Part shown: one piece after another, positions 27,419-36,204 of the stretch | Layout: each line of letters starts with the position of its first letter | Numbering within the stretch: the first letter of the stretch is position 1 | Origin: a virus | Virus record (IMG/VR): IMGVR_UViG_3300037225_000138 | Location: 3,416 to 67,415 of that record | Direction: 5' to 3' (one strand) | Length of the DNA: 64,000 bases | The notes under the pieces: model-generated | The model's database searches: none | Seen by the model: the letters and a program-made list of their open reading frames with translations, nothing else | What the model was told of the DNA's origin: nothing | Position numbers and translations under genes: made by a program

Positions 27419-27456
27419 ATGTCTGTAATTAAATGTTAAACCAATAAGGGGAAATC

Positions 27457-27993
27457 ATGGCAATCATTCACGATGTATCAGTAACGATGAAAGTTGTTAT
27501 CACTCAGACAGAACTTCTTGACCAGGATAACACATCGAGACCTCCAAAGAAAAACTCAGGACAGTCCAAGTATGTCTTGGAACATAATAACGACCTTCCT
27601 GCACTGCGCATAACCTCAGCCGAATTAAAAACACGTATCAGTAATATGATGGCGTGTTTGTATTATGGCTTTCAGGTTAATCCTCTCGACTCACCTCCTG
27701 TTGTGGAGACGGTACCCGCATCTTCAATAACAGCAATATCAGCAGTCCTTAATGGTAATGTGACAGGTGCCGGGTGTACTGCAGGATTCCAGATAGGTAC
27801 AGACAGAAACCTTTCAACAGGTACTGTGGTAGGTGTTGGTAGCCCTACGGGTGTTCTGGCAACTATCAAGGCAATAACCTATCCATGGGTAGGCTTGACC
27901 ACCAAGACAAAGTATTATTACCGGTTCTTTGCTCAGTACACGGCCACGGGGAATACTCAGTACGGCCTCATCAAGTCATTTACTACATTGTAA
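27457..27993 (+). CDS. Putative virion decoration protein with a C-terminal FN3-like domain
   Basis: P.VET.....IT..SA.LNGNV.....GF......GL...TKYYYR.FA.....TQYG....FTT. Confidence 0.7.
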   Translation: MAIIHDVSVTMKVVITQTELLDQDNTSRPPKKNSGQSKYVLEHNNDLPALRITSAELKTRISNMMACLYYGFQVNPLDSPPVVETVPASSITAISAVLNGNVTGAGCTAGFQIGTDRNLSTGTVVGVGSPTGVLATIKAITYPWVGLTTKTKYYYRFFAQYTATGNTQYGLIKSFTTL

Positions 27994-28036
27994 TTTTTTT
28001 CTCAACATAGTTTCTAAACTTTAAATTTTTTCAATC

Positions 28037-28330
28037 ATGGCAAATGTTAGAGCTTACATTGCGCTGAAGGCCCGAGTCGCTGTTATAAACACGACTCCGC
28101 TATCTTCTGCTGGACTGCCAACCGGTGGACCTACTGAAGGCGCACAGTGGCACAATATTCATCATTGTGTCACCAAAACTATTGATCTCAACGAATGGAA
28201 ATGGAGATTCGCTACTGCGAAAGCAGTCCTCTGCGGCGGTACGGCTCCCTACGGTACTACCTATGGTGGTGCAATAGGGTTATACGCACTGGCATACGGT
28301 GGCTCTGTGGTGGACGATTCATACATGTAG
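28037..28330 (+). CDS. Hypothetical small protein, probably structural
   Basis: Gly/Ala/Thr-rich, 97 aa. Confidence 0.55.
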   Translation: MANVRAYIALKARVAVINTTPLSSAGLPTGGPTEGAQWHNIHHCVTKTIDLNEWKWRFATAKAVLCGGTAPYGTTYGGAIGLYALAYGGSVVDDSYM

Positions 28331-28342
28331 CCCATTCAAGCT

Positions 28343-29236
28343 ATGATCGAGAAAGCAGTATTTTCATATTTCAACCCGGATGAATCCTTCGGCAATACAT
28401 GTGGGTTTGCCCGGTATAGTGATTTTCTCTTCACTACGACATTAGCAATACTCTGCGCCTCCCGTCATTTTAAGGAGGTGCAGTTTATTTCTTCCGACTG
28501 GGGTATTGATATGATCAAACAACTTGGATTGCCCATAACAAGTTATTCCAATAAGCTCAATGAACTAAAAACAATACCAAGAGAGTTCTGGGCCTATGGC
28601 AAGATACTTGCTTATAACGAGCAGACAGTTCCTTTTGTCCATGTGGACAATGACGTGTTCATCTGGAAGCCACTACCTGACCGTATTCTCAAAGCAAGAC
28701 TATGTTTTCAAAGTAAAGAACCATTTGCCCTTCCTGGATATGAATGGTATAACTCGCTCCGTAAATGTTGGGACAAAGCACCATATAGACCACAATCAAT
28801 AGTGGATAACCCTGTGATGGACCATGCTTACAACTGTGGTATATGCGGAGGGTATGATCTGGAGTTCTTCAAGGAATGGATGGCAAACAGTAAGGCATAT
28901 ATCTTTGCTCCCGAGAACCAGGAACACTTCTTTAAGAAATACAAGAAGATCATCATTCATCAAAACCTTTGGCACGAACAATACTTTGCCTCAAGCCTTA
29001 TCAAGAAGCATGATCTCAGGAAACAAGTGAGGGTGCTTTTAAAAGATCCTATGGATTTACAATCTCAAACGGATTGTAGTTATACTCATATATGGGGTAA
29101 CACGAAGCAGAGTCACGGAGATATGGCATTGGTTCAGATAAGGATATTAGAGAAGGACACCGAGTTGTTTATGCGGGTAAGGAAGTTTTGTCTGGAGAAT
29201 CATGTGAATAGATTGAGTTATAAAATTCCTATGTAA
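28343..29236 (+). CDS. DUF6734-like nucleotide-diphospho-sugar transferase-fold protein
   Basis: FWAYGKILAY..Q..PFVHVDNDVFIW (DxD), YNCGICGG, EQY and YTHIWG motifs. Confidence 0.75.
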   Translation: MIEKAVFSYFNPDESFGNTCGFARYSDFLFTTTLAILCASRHFKEVQFISSDWGIDMIKQLGLPITSYSNKLNELKTIPREFWAYGKILAYNEQTVPFVHVDNDVFIWKPLPDRILKARLCFQSKEPFALPGYEWYNSLRKCWDKAPYRPQSIVDNPVMDHAYNCGICGGYDLEFFKEWMANSKAYIFAPENQEHFFKKYKKIIIHQNLWHEQYFASSLIKKHDLRKQVRVLLKDPMDLQSQTDCSYTHIWGNTKQSHGDMALVQIRILEKDTELFMRVRKFCLENHVNRLSYKIPM

Positions 29237-29437
29237 TTATTAACTAATACTTAGAAACCATGAAAAATTTCATTCTCAATTGCCCTACAAACAGGATCAA
29301 TGGATGCTGGTACATATACCTCCATTATCAAATCCTGACTCACTAATTCCATAAGATCCCCCTGTGCGTTCTTTTCATTTCCGGATAGGTTCAGTTTTTT
29401 AGAATTTGTTTTCATTCAATGCCGGGGATCTTTTTTA

Positions 29438-29468
29438 TTTGCAGAATTAAAAAACATTCTTATATTTG
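29438..29468 (+). promoter_or_regulatory. Bacteroidota-type promoter
   Basis: TTTG (29438-41), 19 nt, TATATTTG (29461-68). Confidence 0.8.
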
Positions 29469-29476
29469 CAGAGTAA

Positions 29477-29602
29477 AACACTGTGACGTTAAAATGACAA
29501 TCACCAATAAAATATAAACGAAGTGCGCCCCGGAGGGATGTTCTCCCGAATATCCGTCACAGCTCCGGGGTTGTACTTCACCCTTTTAACACTGTGACGT
29601 TA
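29477..29602 (+). ncRNA. C4/CI-like structured antisense leader
   Basis: AACACTGTGACGTTA occurs at 29477-91 and 29588-602. The hairpin at 29520-29579 carries the complementary CGTCACAG, mostly in a bulge. Confidence 0.65.
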
Positions 29603-30135
29603 TGAAGTACTATCTCCATGATACGAGTTCGTTTGATGATGAAAAAATAACTGAATTATATTTAAAATTCGGGTATGAAGGATTGGGATTATTTTATACT
29701 TTACTTGAAAAAATAGCACGTCAGGAGAAACCTATAAAAACTGACGTCTTAAAAGCTCAGTTAGGCATAGGAAAACATCTGGATAAATGTTGGAATTTCA
29801 TGGAAGAGATTGGGCTTATTTCGTCAACAAACGGTGATACTTTCAACGGAAGATTGCTGAACTTTAGTGAAAGTTATGAAATAAAAAAAGAAAACACAAG
29901 GAAAAGAGTTTCAGAATGGCGTGAAAGACAACGTAATATAAAAAATGTAACAGATTACAAACCCGTTAGTAACGCTCCTAAAGTAAAGTTAAGTAAAGAA
30001 AAAGAAGAAGAAAAAGAAATTTTGATTTCAAAACCGAAAGGCTATAACGATATAGATTTTGCAAACATTCCAAAGAACGAAGATGATTTAAGTTTTCTTA
30101 ATGAACCTAAAGAAAAAGTTCCGGAAGGATTTTAA
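29602..30135 (+). CDS. DUF4373/Lin1244-type phage replication initiator
   Basis: MKYYLHD....DDEKI..L..KFGYEGLGLFY.LLEKI, followed by R.RV..WRE and KVKLSK. Confidence 0.8.
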   Translation: MKYYLHDTSSFDDEKITELYLKFGYEGLGLFYTLLEKIARQEKPIKTDVLKAQLGIGKHLDKCWNFMEEIGLISSTNGDTFNGRLLNFSESYEIKKENTRKRVSEWRERQRNIKNVTDYKPVSNAPKVKLSKEKEEEKEILISKPKGYNDIDFANIPKNEDDLSFLNEPKEKVPEGF

Positions 30136-30245
30136 AACATGAGAGCAGATATGAAATATTGTTTACCTTTGCATTGGTTCATTGCCGATGAACCAAGTCT
30201 GCTTTTCTTGTTTATAGCTTCCCGGGGCATCGTGTATGTCCCGGG

Positions 30246-30276
30246 TTTGCCGTCTCTGAAAAATAATTTAACTTTG
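30246..30276 (+). promoter_or_regulatory. Promoter (TAACTTTG variant)
   Basis: TTTG (30246-49), 19 nt, TAACTTTG (30269-76). Confidence 0.7.
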
Positions 30277-30281
30277 ATGCT

Positions 30282-30566
30282 ATGTTAAAAAAACTCAGGT
30301 ATTGGTTCTATAACCTTTTCAAACGGAAAACACTTATGGCTACGGAGGTTATAGATGAGTGGACGGTCATTGACTATCATCATCAGAAGATAAATCTCAG
30401 AAAGAGTGAAGTGTTGGCATGGAATGGCTTGTCAAGGTTTGACAAAAGAGCTATGGCTGATCGCTTCAAAAACCTTGAGAAGAAGAAACTGATTAAGTTT
30501 ATCGAGATAAATGGCAGGATGACATGTGTGAAAAATCTTAATTACGAAGCAAGGAATGGAAAATAA
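30282..30566 (+). CDS. Hypothetical protein
   Basis: 94 aa. Confidence 0.6.
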   Translation: MLKKLRYWFYNLFKRKTLMATEVIDEWTVIDYHHQKINLRKSEVLAWNGLSRFDKRAMADRFKNLEKKKLIKFIEINGRMTCVKNLNYEARNGK

Positions 30567-31257
30567 ACGAACATTTAATAACCAGGTTTTAATTAAACTC
30601 GACCCTGAGAATAAAACTATCCAGACAAAGAGTGGGCTTATATTGTACGTGGATGATACTTTTGAGATGGAGAAGAATATCACTGTATCGGGTGTGGTAT
30701 ATGGATTGCCGAGTCATCTGTCTTATTGCGGGGAACCGAACAAAGATATGCCATGGGAAACCCCACTTGAATTAAAATACGGTGATAAGGTGATTGTTTA
30801 TTATCTATCGGTCGTCAATGCCTTAAAACCAGAACACCACAGATACTTCATCGAGGGAGTTGATAGATATGTCTTGATAAGTTATCAGAGCATCTTCTGT
30901 ACTTATGGTGATGATTGGGTGAAGCCTATCAATGGTTATGTGTTTGTAGAACCAAGCGAAGACCCCGTTATTCTGACAGAGAAGGATAGGATGAGAAAGG
31001 CAGGATTAGAATTGGTTGTCTTAAAAACACAGTCAAATACAAACGTGTCCTATGGGAAAGTGAAGTATCTGGGAATACCAAACAGACGATACGTGGATTC
31101 GGAGTACACTGACGAGGGGGTGGATATTGCCATTGGTGATATTGTGGTGCTTAAAAAAGTTAATGACATACCCGTTCAATATAATCTTCACCAGCGAATA
31201 AACAACGGGGAATTATTGTGGAGGGTACAGAGGAAAAATATACTTGCAAAGCTATGA
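30556..31257 (+). CDS. Two-domain GroES-like protein
   Basis: Two Cpn10-like halves: NQVLI...TKSGLIL...LKYGDKV and KPINGYVFVEP...GKVKYLG...IGDIVV. Confidence 0.7.
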   Translation: MENKRTFNNQVLIKLDPENKTIQTKSGLILYVDDTFEMEKNITVSGVVYGLPSHLSYCGEPNKDMPWETPLELKYGDKVIVYYLSVVNALKPEHHRYFIEGVDRYVLISYQSIFCTYGDDWVKPINGYVFVEPSEDPVILTEKDRMRKAGLELVVLKTQSNTNVSYGKVKYLGIPNRRYVDSEYTDEGVDIAIGDIVVLKKVNDIPVQYNLHQRINNGELLWRVQRKNILAKL

Positions 31258-31355
31258 TTGAATTGAATAAAATCTATCAGGGTGATGCGCTGTCATTACT
31301 GAGAACTTTCCCCGAAAAGATTTTCAATACCTGCGAAATAGGATTATTCTTATGA
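31254..31355 (+). pseudogene. 33-aa remnant of an N4/N6 DNA methyltransferase
   Basis: MIELNKIYQGDALSLLRTFPEKIFNTC is the usual lead-in to the TSPPY motif, which is absent; ATGA overlaps at both ends. Confidence 0.7.
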
Positions 31356-31990
31356 TCTTACAGTTTCATCAAAAGGAGTATTCTCAAATGAGATTTGATC
31401 CGACAAAATTACCGGAGGGTAGTGATATTTTAAAATTCTACAAGGATCTCGCAAAGGTAAAAGAGTTCAGGCTTAATCCCGGAGAGGGTATTGACAACAA
31501 CAAGGTTATGCAATACATCATGTGCATGTATGATGCTCATTCGCCATACAGAACAAAATTTACCGATGTGCTTAAGAGAAAGATAGAGGTGGCGCACGAC
31601 TGCCAGTTCTCAGTACAGGATGATGGCACGTTTGAATCAGCAACAGAAGATTTTCTAAAAGGCAAGAATGATGTGGTGAACCGCAAGATAGTTCAGTATG
31701 TCATGCTCCACAAGTCTTATAAATATAGTTATCAAGTGAGCATCGAATCTGCATATTTTGATCTCATGGTGAGCATACAGAAAGAGGCCGACACCAAATC
31801 ACTATCTAAACTTGCGGAGTTAAGGGATGAGCTTGAGGAGAACCTTATGGACCTTCTCAGCCAGGACAATAACCCTTTCGTCAGAGACACTATGTTACGT
31901 TATCTTGAGGATGACCGGTTACAGTTGAGGCCGGAGGACATAGCAAGAAAATTACAGAATGGAGAACCACCTATATCAAAATCAAAATAA
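31352..31990 (+). CDS. Hypothetical helical protein, candidate terminase small subunit
   Basis: Helical 212-aa protein at the head of the morphogenesis region; inferred from position only. Confidence 0.4.
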   Translation: MILQFHQKEYSQMRFDPTKLPEGSDILKFYKDLAKVKEFRLNPGEGIDNNKVMQYIMCMYDAHSPYRTKFTDVLKRKIEVAHDCQFSVQDDGTFESATEDFLKGKNDVVNRKIVQYVMLHKSYKYSYQVSIESAYFDLMVSIQKEADTKSLSKLAELRDELEENLMDLLSQDNNPFVRDTMLRYLEDDRLQLRPEDIARKLQNGEPPISKSK

Positions 31991-32021
31991 TTGTTTAACT
32001 TTGAAATCAAATTAATCAATC

Positions 32022-32378
32022 GTGGCACAGGTTCGATTACATAATAATGCAAAACGCAACATAAAGGCAGGGGAGCTTGTGCGCATAGACCCATCAGATG
32101 AGAACTCTTTTCTTATCGCCAAATTAACAGACTTTGGTATCATTGGTAGTGTGGCATCAGATACATTAGCAGGACAGTATTGCTTAATCAATCTTATAGG
32201 GAGCGTTAATTGGGGGGATGTGATAGGTGCCCCGGCATCATCAGGGACCGATTTTGAGACTACGGTTGATTGGAGTGAGATTACCAACAAGCCGGATTAT
32301 CTCGGTGCAAAAATAACTTTCAGTCCAACACAACCGGTTAATCCTATTGTAAATGAAATTTGGATTCAAACAAACTAA
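32022..32378 (+). CDS. Putative structural/fibre protein
   Basis: W..V.G.P and WSEITNKP fibre-type repeats; C-terminal P.....IWI. Confidence 0.55.
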   Translation: MAQVRLHNNAKRNIKAGELVRIDPSDENSFLIAKLTDFGIIGSVASDTLAGQYCLINLIGSVNWGDVIGAPASSGTDFETTVDWSEITNKPDYLGAKITFSPTQPVNPIVNEIWIQTN

Positions 32379-32383
32379 ATACT

Positions 32384-32611
32384 ATGAGCAAGATTGTTAT
32401 TATCATTGAGGCAGATAAATCGAATGGCATGTTGAAACTTTCCGCACCCCTGGACACGGCACCAGAGAGGCAGGAGGTCATTGAGATACTTCAGGGTGCT
32501 ATCGGCGCAGCAAAGAACTACAAGGGAGTAGGGCTTCTTATTGCAAATAACGCATTGGTAACGCCAATGGCACAGGATAAAATCAATCATCAAACAAGTA
32601 TAAAACTTTAA
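32384..32611 (+). CDS. Hypothetical protein
   Basis: ATG 32384. Confidence 0.55.
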   Translation: MSKIVIIIEADKSNGMLKLSAPLDTAPERQEVIEILQGAIGAAKNYKGVGLLIANNALVTPMAQDKINHQTSIKL

Positions 32612-32624
32612 GGAGGAACATAAA

Positions 32625-33056
32625 ATGGCAATTTATTCAATCTCGCAAAGGACAATCAACACCACTGCTGCAACATGCGCATGGGAGATTATCAGTACAT
32701 CAGCACAGGTAAGACCAGCAATTCTTGAGTTCGGACTTACCCAAGTCACCGCAGTTGCGGCAACGCTTGGTTTAGGAAGACCACAAGCTAAAGGTGTTAC
32801 GCCCACTACACCACAGATATCACTTGCGGAGGACTATAACGAGGTAACGGGCAACACAACAGTTGCAGTAGCATGGGGTACTCCGCCAACCGTACCCACA
32901 AACTTCTTCCGAAGGATTACATGCCCGGCGACAATCGGTGCAGGAGTGATCTGGACGTTCCCAAGAGGATTGATAATACAGTCAAACTTTAGTATTATCC
33001 TCTGGGTTATAGCCACAGCACCAGTACTTGACGTGTACGCTGTGACTAACGAGTAA
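32625..33056 (+). CDS. Thr-rich beta protein, putative virion component
   Basis: 143 aa; GAGVIWTFPRGLII. Confidence 0.55.
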   Translation: MAIYSISQRTINTTAATCAWEIISTSAQVRPAILEFGLTQVTAVAATLGLGRPQAKGVTPTTPQISLAEDYNEVTGNTTVAVAWGTPPTVPTNFFRRITCPATIGAGVIWTFPRGLIIQSNFSIILWVIATAPVLDVYAVTNE

Positions 33057-33067
33057 CAAGTAAGGCC

Positions 33068-33544
33068 ATGAGCTTACTTGCATATTTACAGAACCCCTTT
33101 ACGGGTATCCTGAAGGATGACTCTGCGGTACGTCCTGATGCTGTCTATAAGCATATTGAGGTAAACAGATGGGATTCAATAGGTGCTCATTTATGGACAA
33201 AATCAGGATTCCTTGGAGCACTAGATTCGGGTCCGTCATTTAATCCATGTTATTCAGACGAAGACAGATGGGAATGGCCTGAGATTGACAATCCTAAGTA
33301 CGGAGGTCGTCAGAATGTCGTTTACAGGATTCAGGGGATAACCGAAGACTCAAATGGGAGTCCCCTTGGAAACTGTGTGGTTAAACTATTCCGTGCAGCA
33401 GATGACTCAAAGCAAGACCAGTGTACCTCCGATGCTGCAGGAAACTATATCCTCTGGACTCCATTCACGGACGCACATTATTGCGTGATGTTCTTAGACC
33501 CAAGTCTTGCAGGAGCCACAATCCGCACATTAACTCCAGTTTAA
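33068..33544 (+). CDS. Protein with a C-terminal prealbumin/carboxypeptidase-regulatory-like domain
   Basis: IQGITEDSNGSPLGNCVVKLFR......TSDAAGNY. Confidence 0.6.
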   Translation: MSLLAYLQNPFTGILKDDSAVRPDAVYKHIEVNRWDSIGAHLWTKSGFLGALDSGPSFNPCYSDEDRWEWPEIDNPKYGGRQNVVYRIQGITEDSNGSPLGNCVVKLFRAADDSKQDQCTSDAAGNYILWTPFTDAHYCVMFLDPSLAGATIRTLTPV

Positions 33545-33891
33545 TGGCATCAAGTCAACTCTATACTCCCGACAATCCGGTTGTAGCGCAGTCAGGCAGT
33601 GCGTCACAGCCATCAGTCGGGCAATTATACACTAAGGAGGCGACACCATCCAATGCTCGCCTCTTCAATGTTTCGGCAGGCACACCATCAACAATAACAA
33701 GTATTAATAGATATGGAATAAGGGGTCGTGTTGTTGTGAATGACACACCTCCAATACCTCCAATCCCAATCAGTGTGATATTATCATATTTGTATGCAGG
33801 ACAGGTTACACCGATGCCGGCAGGGAGTAAGATGAAGTATTGGGATGGATTACAATGGCAGGACATTGATACAACAGTTGTATTTCAATAA
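33544..33891 (+). CDS. Ser/Thr/Pro-rich putative structural protein
   Basis: TAATG coupling; C-terminal KYWDGLQW. Confidence 0.5.
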   Translation: MASSQLYTPDNPVVAQSGSASQPSVGQLYTKEATPSNARLFNVSAGTPSTITSINRYGIRGRVVVNDTPPIPPIPISVILSYLYAGQVTPMPAGSKMKYWDGLQWQDIDTTVVFQ

Positions 33892-33896
33892 AGCAG

Positions 33897-34520
33897 ATGA
33901 AGATTAAGATTTTCGTTCATATTTGGGCTATCAATCACTGGTATACCGTATTCACAGAGCAGATGCGCATATTACTCACATCAGGACTTTATGATGCGTG
34001 TGAGGAAATAAGCATCAGCCTCATCAGCAGTCCGGCAGAGAGGTATTTATTCGAGATGTACTTTGTAGATTGTTATTCAAAGATAAAGTTCAAAGTATGG
34101 TCAGAGCAACCCGGCAACTATGAATTTCCGGCACTCAGGCTTATAGAGGCAGACGATTCGCAATATGCAGGATTGTATTTTCATGTGAAAGGAGTAACAA
34201 GACCCTTTGAAACCGTGATCCAGCACTGGAGGTCAACACTTAATGAGGCAATTTTAAATCAATGGCAGACGCATTATCAGAATATCCTCAATGGCTATGA
34301 CGTGTCATCGGTAAATTTCAGGCAGAGCCCAGATCATTTCTCAGGTAACTTCTGGTGGTTCAATCGTGAGTATATCAAAAGGCTACCTCCGGTGAATGGG
34401 CTCGACCTAACGAACAGATGGCACGCAGAACAGTACATTTGCATGGCACAGGGTAAGTTTTGGTATCCTCCATTCATAGAGCCTGGAGATAATCTTTTTC
34501 AAATGCAATATAGGCCATGA
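33897..34520 (+). CDS. Glycosyltransferase-like protein of the type seen in viral glycan clusters
   Basis: YEFPAL, YFHVKGVT, HFSGNFWW and R..AEQYI motifs. Confidence 0.6.
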   Translation: MKIKIFVHIWAINHWYTVFTEQMRILLTSGLYDACEEISISLISSPAERYLFEMYFVDCYSKIKFKVWSEQPGNYEFPALRLIEADDSQYAGLYFHVKGVTRPFETVIQHWRSTLNEAILNQWQTHYQNILNGYDVSSVNFRQSPDHFSGNFWWFNREYIKRLPPVNGLDLTNRWHAEQYICMAQGKFWYPPFIEPGDNLFQMQYRP

Positions 34521-35584
34521 AGGTAATTTCCCTTACAGGCACCCGTCCTGAGATCATAAGGCTCTCAGTAATTCTTAATAAACTCGATGATTTGGTAGAT
34601 CATATCCATGTCTTCACCCGTCAGAATTTTGACACAAACCTAAGCGACATATTTTTCAAAGAACTTATGGTTCGTAAACCGGATTATATTTTTGAGAAAG
34701 CAAACTCACTTGGAGATTTTCTTGGTAAAGGGTTTGAATATTTTGAGCACATCCTCAATAAAGAAAGACCGGATAAGATTTTAATACTTGGAGATACCAA
34801 CTCGGTGATATTTGGAATCCTTGCAGCGAAGCGAGGCATACCCATTTATCACATGGAGGCAGGGAGCAGGTGTCTGGATAATGATGTGCCAGAGGAAACA
34901 AACCGGAGGCTCATTGATGTAATGGCTGCTTGTAACATGCCATACACGGAAAACTCGAAAGAGAATCTTATCAGGGAAGGACACGATAAGAACCATGTGT
35001 TCAAGATAGGCAATCCTATCCTCGAGGTATTGCAGTATTATGCTGACGACATAAATGGAAGTACCATTATGGACAGGCTTGGCATATTTGCAACTAAGTA
35101 TGCTCTATTGACATTTCATCGCACAGAGAACGTGGATAATCCAGAGAGAGCAAAGAATGTAGTAGATGCGATAAATGAGATTTCAAAAAAATTACCCGTG
35201 GTATTTCCCATGCATCCAAGAACAAAAGATCAATTATTTAAGCATGGATTACTCTTTTCGGATGGAGTGATAGTCACTGAACCTATTGGATTCTTTGATT
35301 GCGTAAAACTTGAGAAACATGCCAAGGTAGTTTTCACAGACAGTGGCACCATCCCGGAGGAGACATCATTATTTCATGTGCCCACGATTGTCCTGAGAAG
35401 AACCATTGAGAGGCAAGAACTTATAGAAAATGGGTCTATCATACTCGCAGGGACAGATAAGAAGGATATTCTGAGGGCTTATAATGCTATTGGAGACATG
35501 AAACAGAAGTGGCCGGTGCTAGAAGATTACTACAAAGAGAATGTGTCGGATACAGTAATAAGAATTTTAATAGGAAGTATATGA
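34517..35584 (+). CDS. Non-hydrolysing UDP-HexNAc 2-epimerase (FnlC/WbjD/QnlB-like)
   Basis: GTRPEIIRLS, LGDTNS, HMEAGSRC.D..VPEETNRR, HRTENVD, HPRT and TDSGT motifs. Confidence 0.92.
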   Translation: MKVISLTGTRPEIIRLSVILNKLDDLVDHIHVFTRQNFDTNLSDIFFKELMVRKPDYIFEKANSLGDFLGKGFEYFEHILNKERPDKILILGDTNSVIFGILAAKRGIPIYHMEAGSRCLDNDVPEETNRRLIDVMAACNMPYTENSKENLIREGHDKNHVFKIGNPILEVLQYYADDINGSTIMDRLGIFATKYALLTFHRTENVDNPERAKNVVDAINEISKKLPVVFPMHPRTKDQLFKHGLLFSDGVIVTEPIGFFDCVKLEKHAKVVFTDSGTIPEETSLFHVPTIVLRRTIERQELIENGSIILAGTDKKDILRAYNAIGDMKQKWPVLEDYYKENVSDTVIRILIGSI

Positions 35585-36204
35585 GAATATCTGTTATCAT
35601 GGCAGTAAACTTGGGTTACTATGATGTTGGCTTTACACATAGCGCATCAGACCCTACAATAAGATTTCGTCACGCAGTAGAATCATTCCGGAAACAACAC
35701 TTCAAAGATGCGGAACTTCTCATTGTCTCCGATGGATGCAAGGTGTCGGAAGCGATCTATTACGATAGTTATTTCGGTGATCCGTCAATGCGATTCAGGT
35801 ATATTGATAAGCAGGAAGTCTTTAGCGGTGTGCCGAGGAACACTGGCCTGCTAATGGCAAAGGGCGACATAATATGCTATCTTGACCACGATGATGCCTT
35901 TGGCCCAAATCATTTGCAAATCATCAACGATAATTTCGACACAGAGAAGAATGATTGGGTGTGGTATAATGATTATGTCGTTGACACCATACTCGCTGAG
36001 AAGGTAGAGAGAAACGTGTTCCCTGCCCTCAATGTGATAGGAACAAGTGCAATTGCTCATAAGAGAAACGTAGGTGTCGTTTGGGAGGGGGAATACGCAC
36101 ATGACTGGCGCATGATTGAGAAATGCTTATTACCATTGCCAGGAATGAAGATACCCACGCCGGAATATTATGTCTGTCATTTCAGAAGAATCGAGGACTT
36201 ATGA
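35581..36204 (+). CDS. GT2-family glycosyltransferase
   Basis: ISVIM, ELLIVSDG and RNTGL..AKGDIICYLDHDD motifs. Confidence 0.85.
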   Translation: MRISVIMAVNLGYYDVGFTHSASDPTIRFRHAVESFRKQHFKDAELLIVSDGCKVSEAIYYDSYFGDPSMRFRYIDKQEVFSGVPRNTGLLMAKGDIICYLDHDDAFGPNHLQIINDNFDTEKNDWVWYNDYVVDTILAEKVERNVFPALNVIGTSAIAHKRNVGVVWEGEYAHDWRMIEKCLLPLPGMKIPTPEYYVCHFRRIEDL

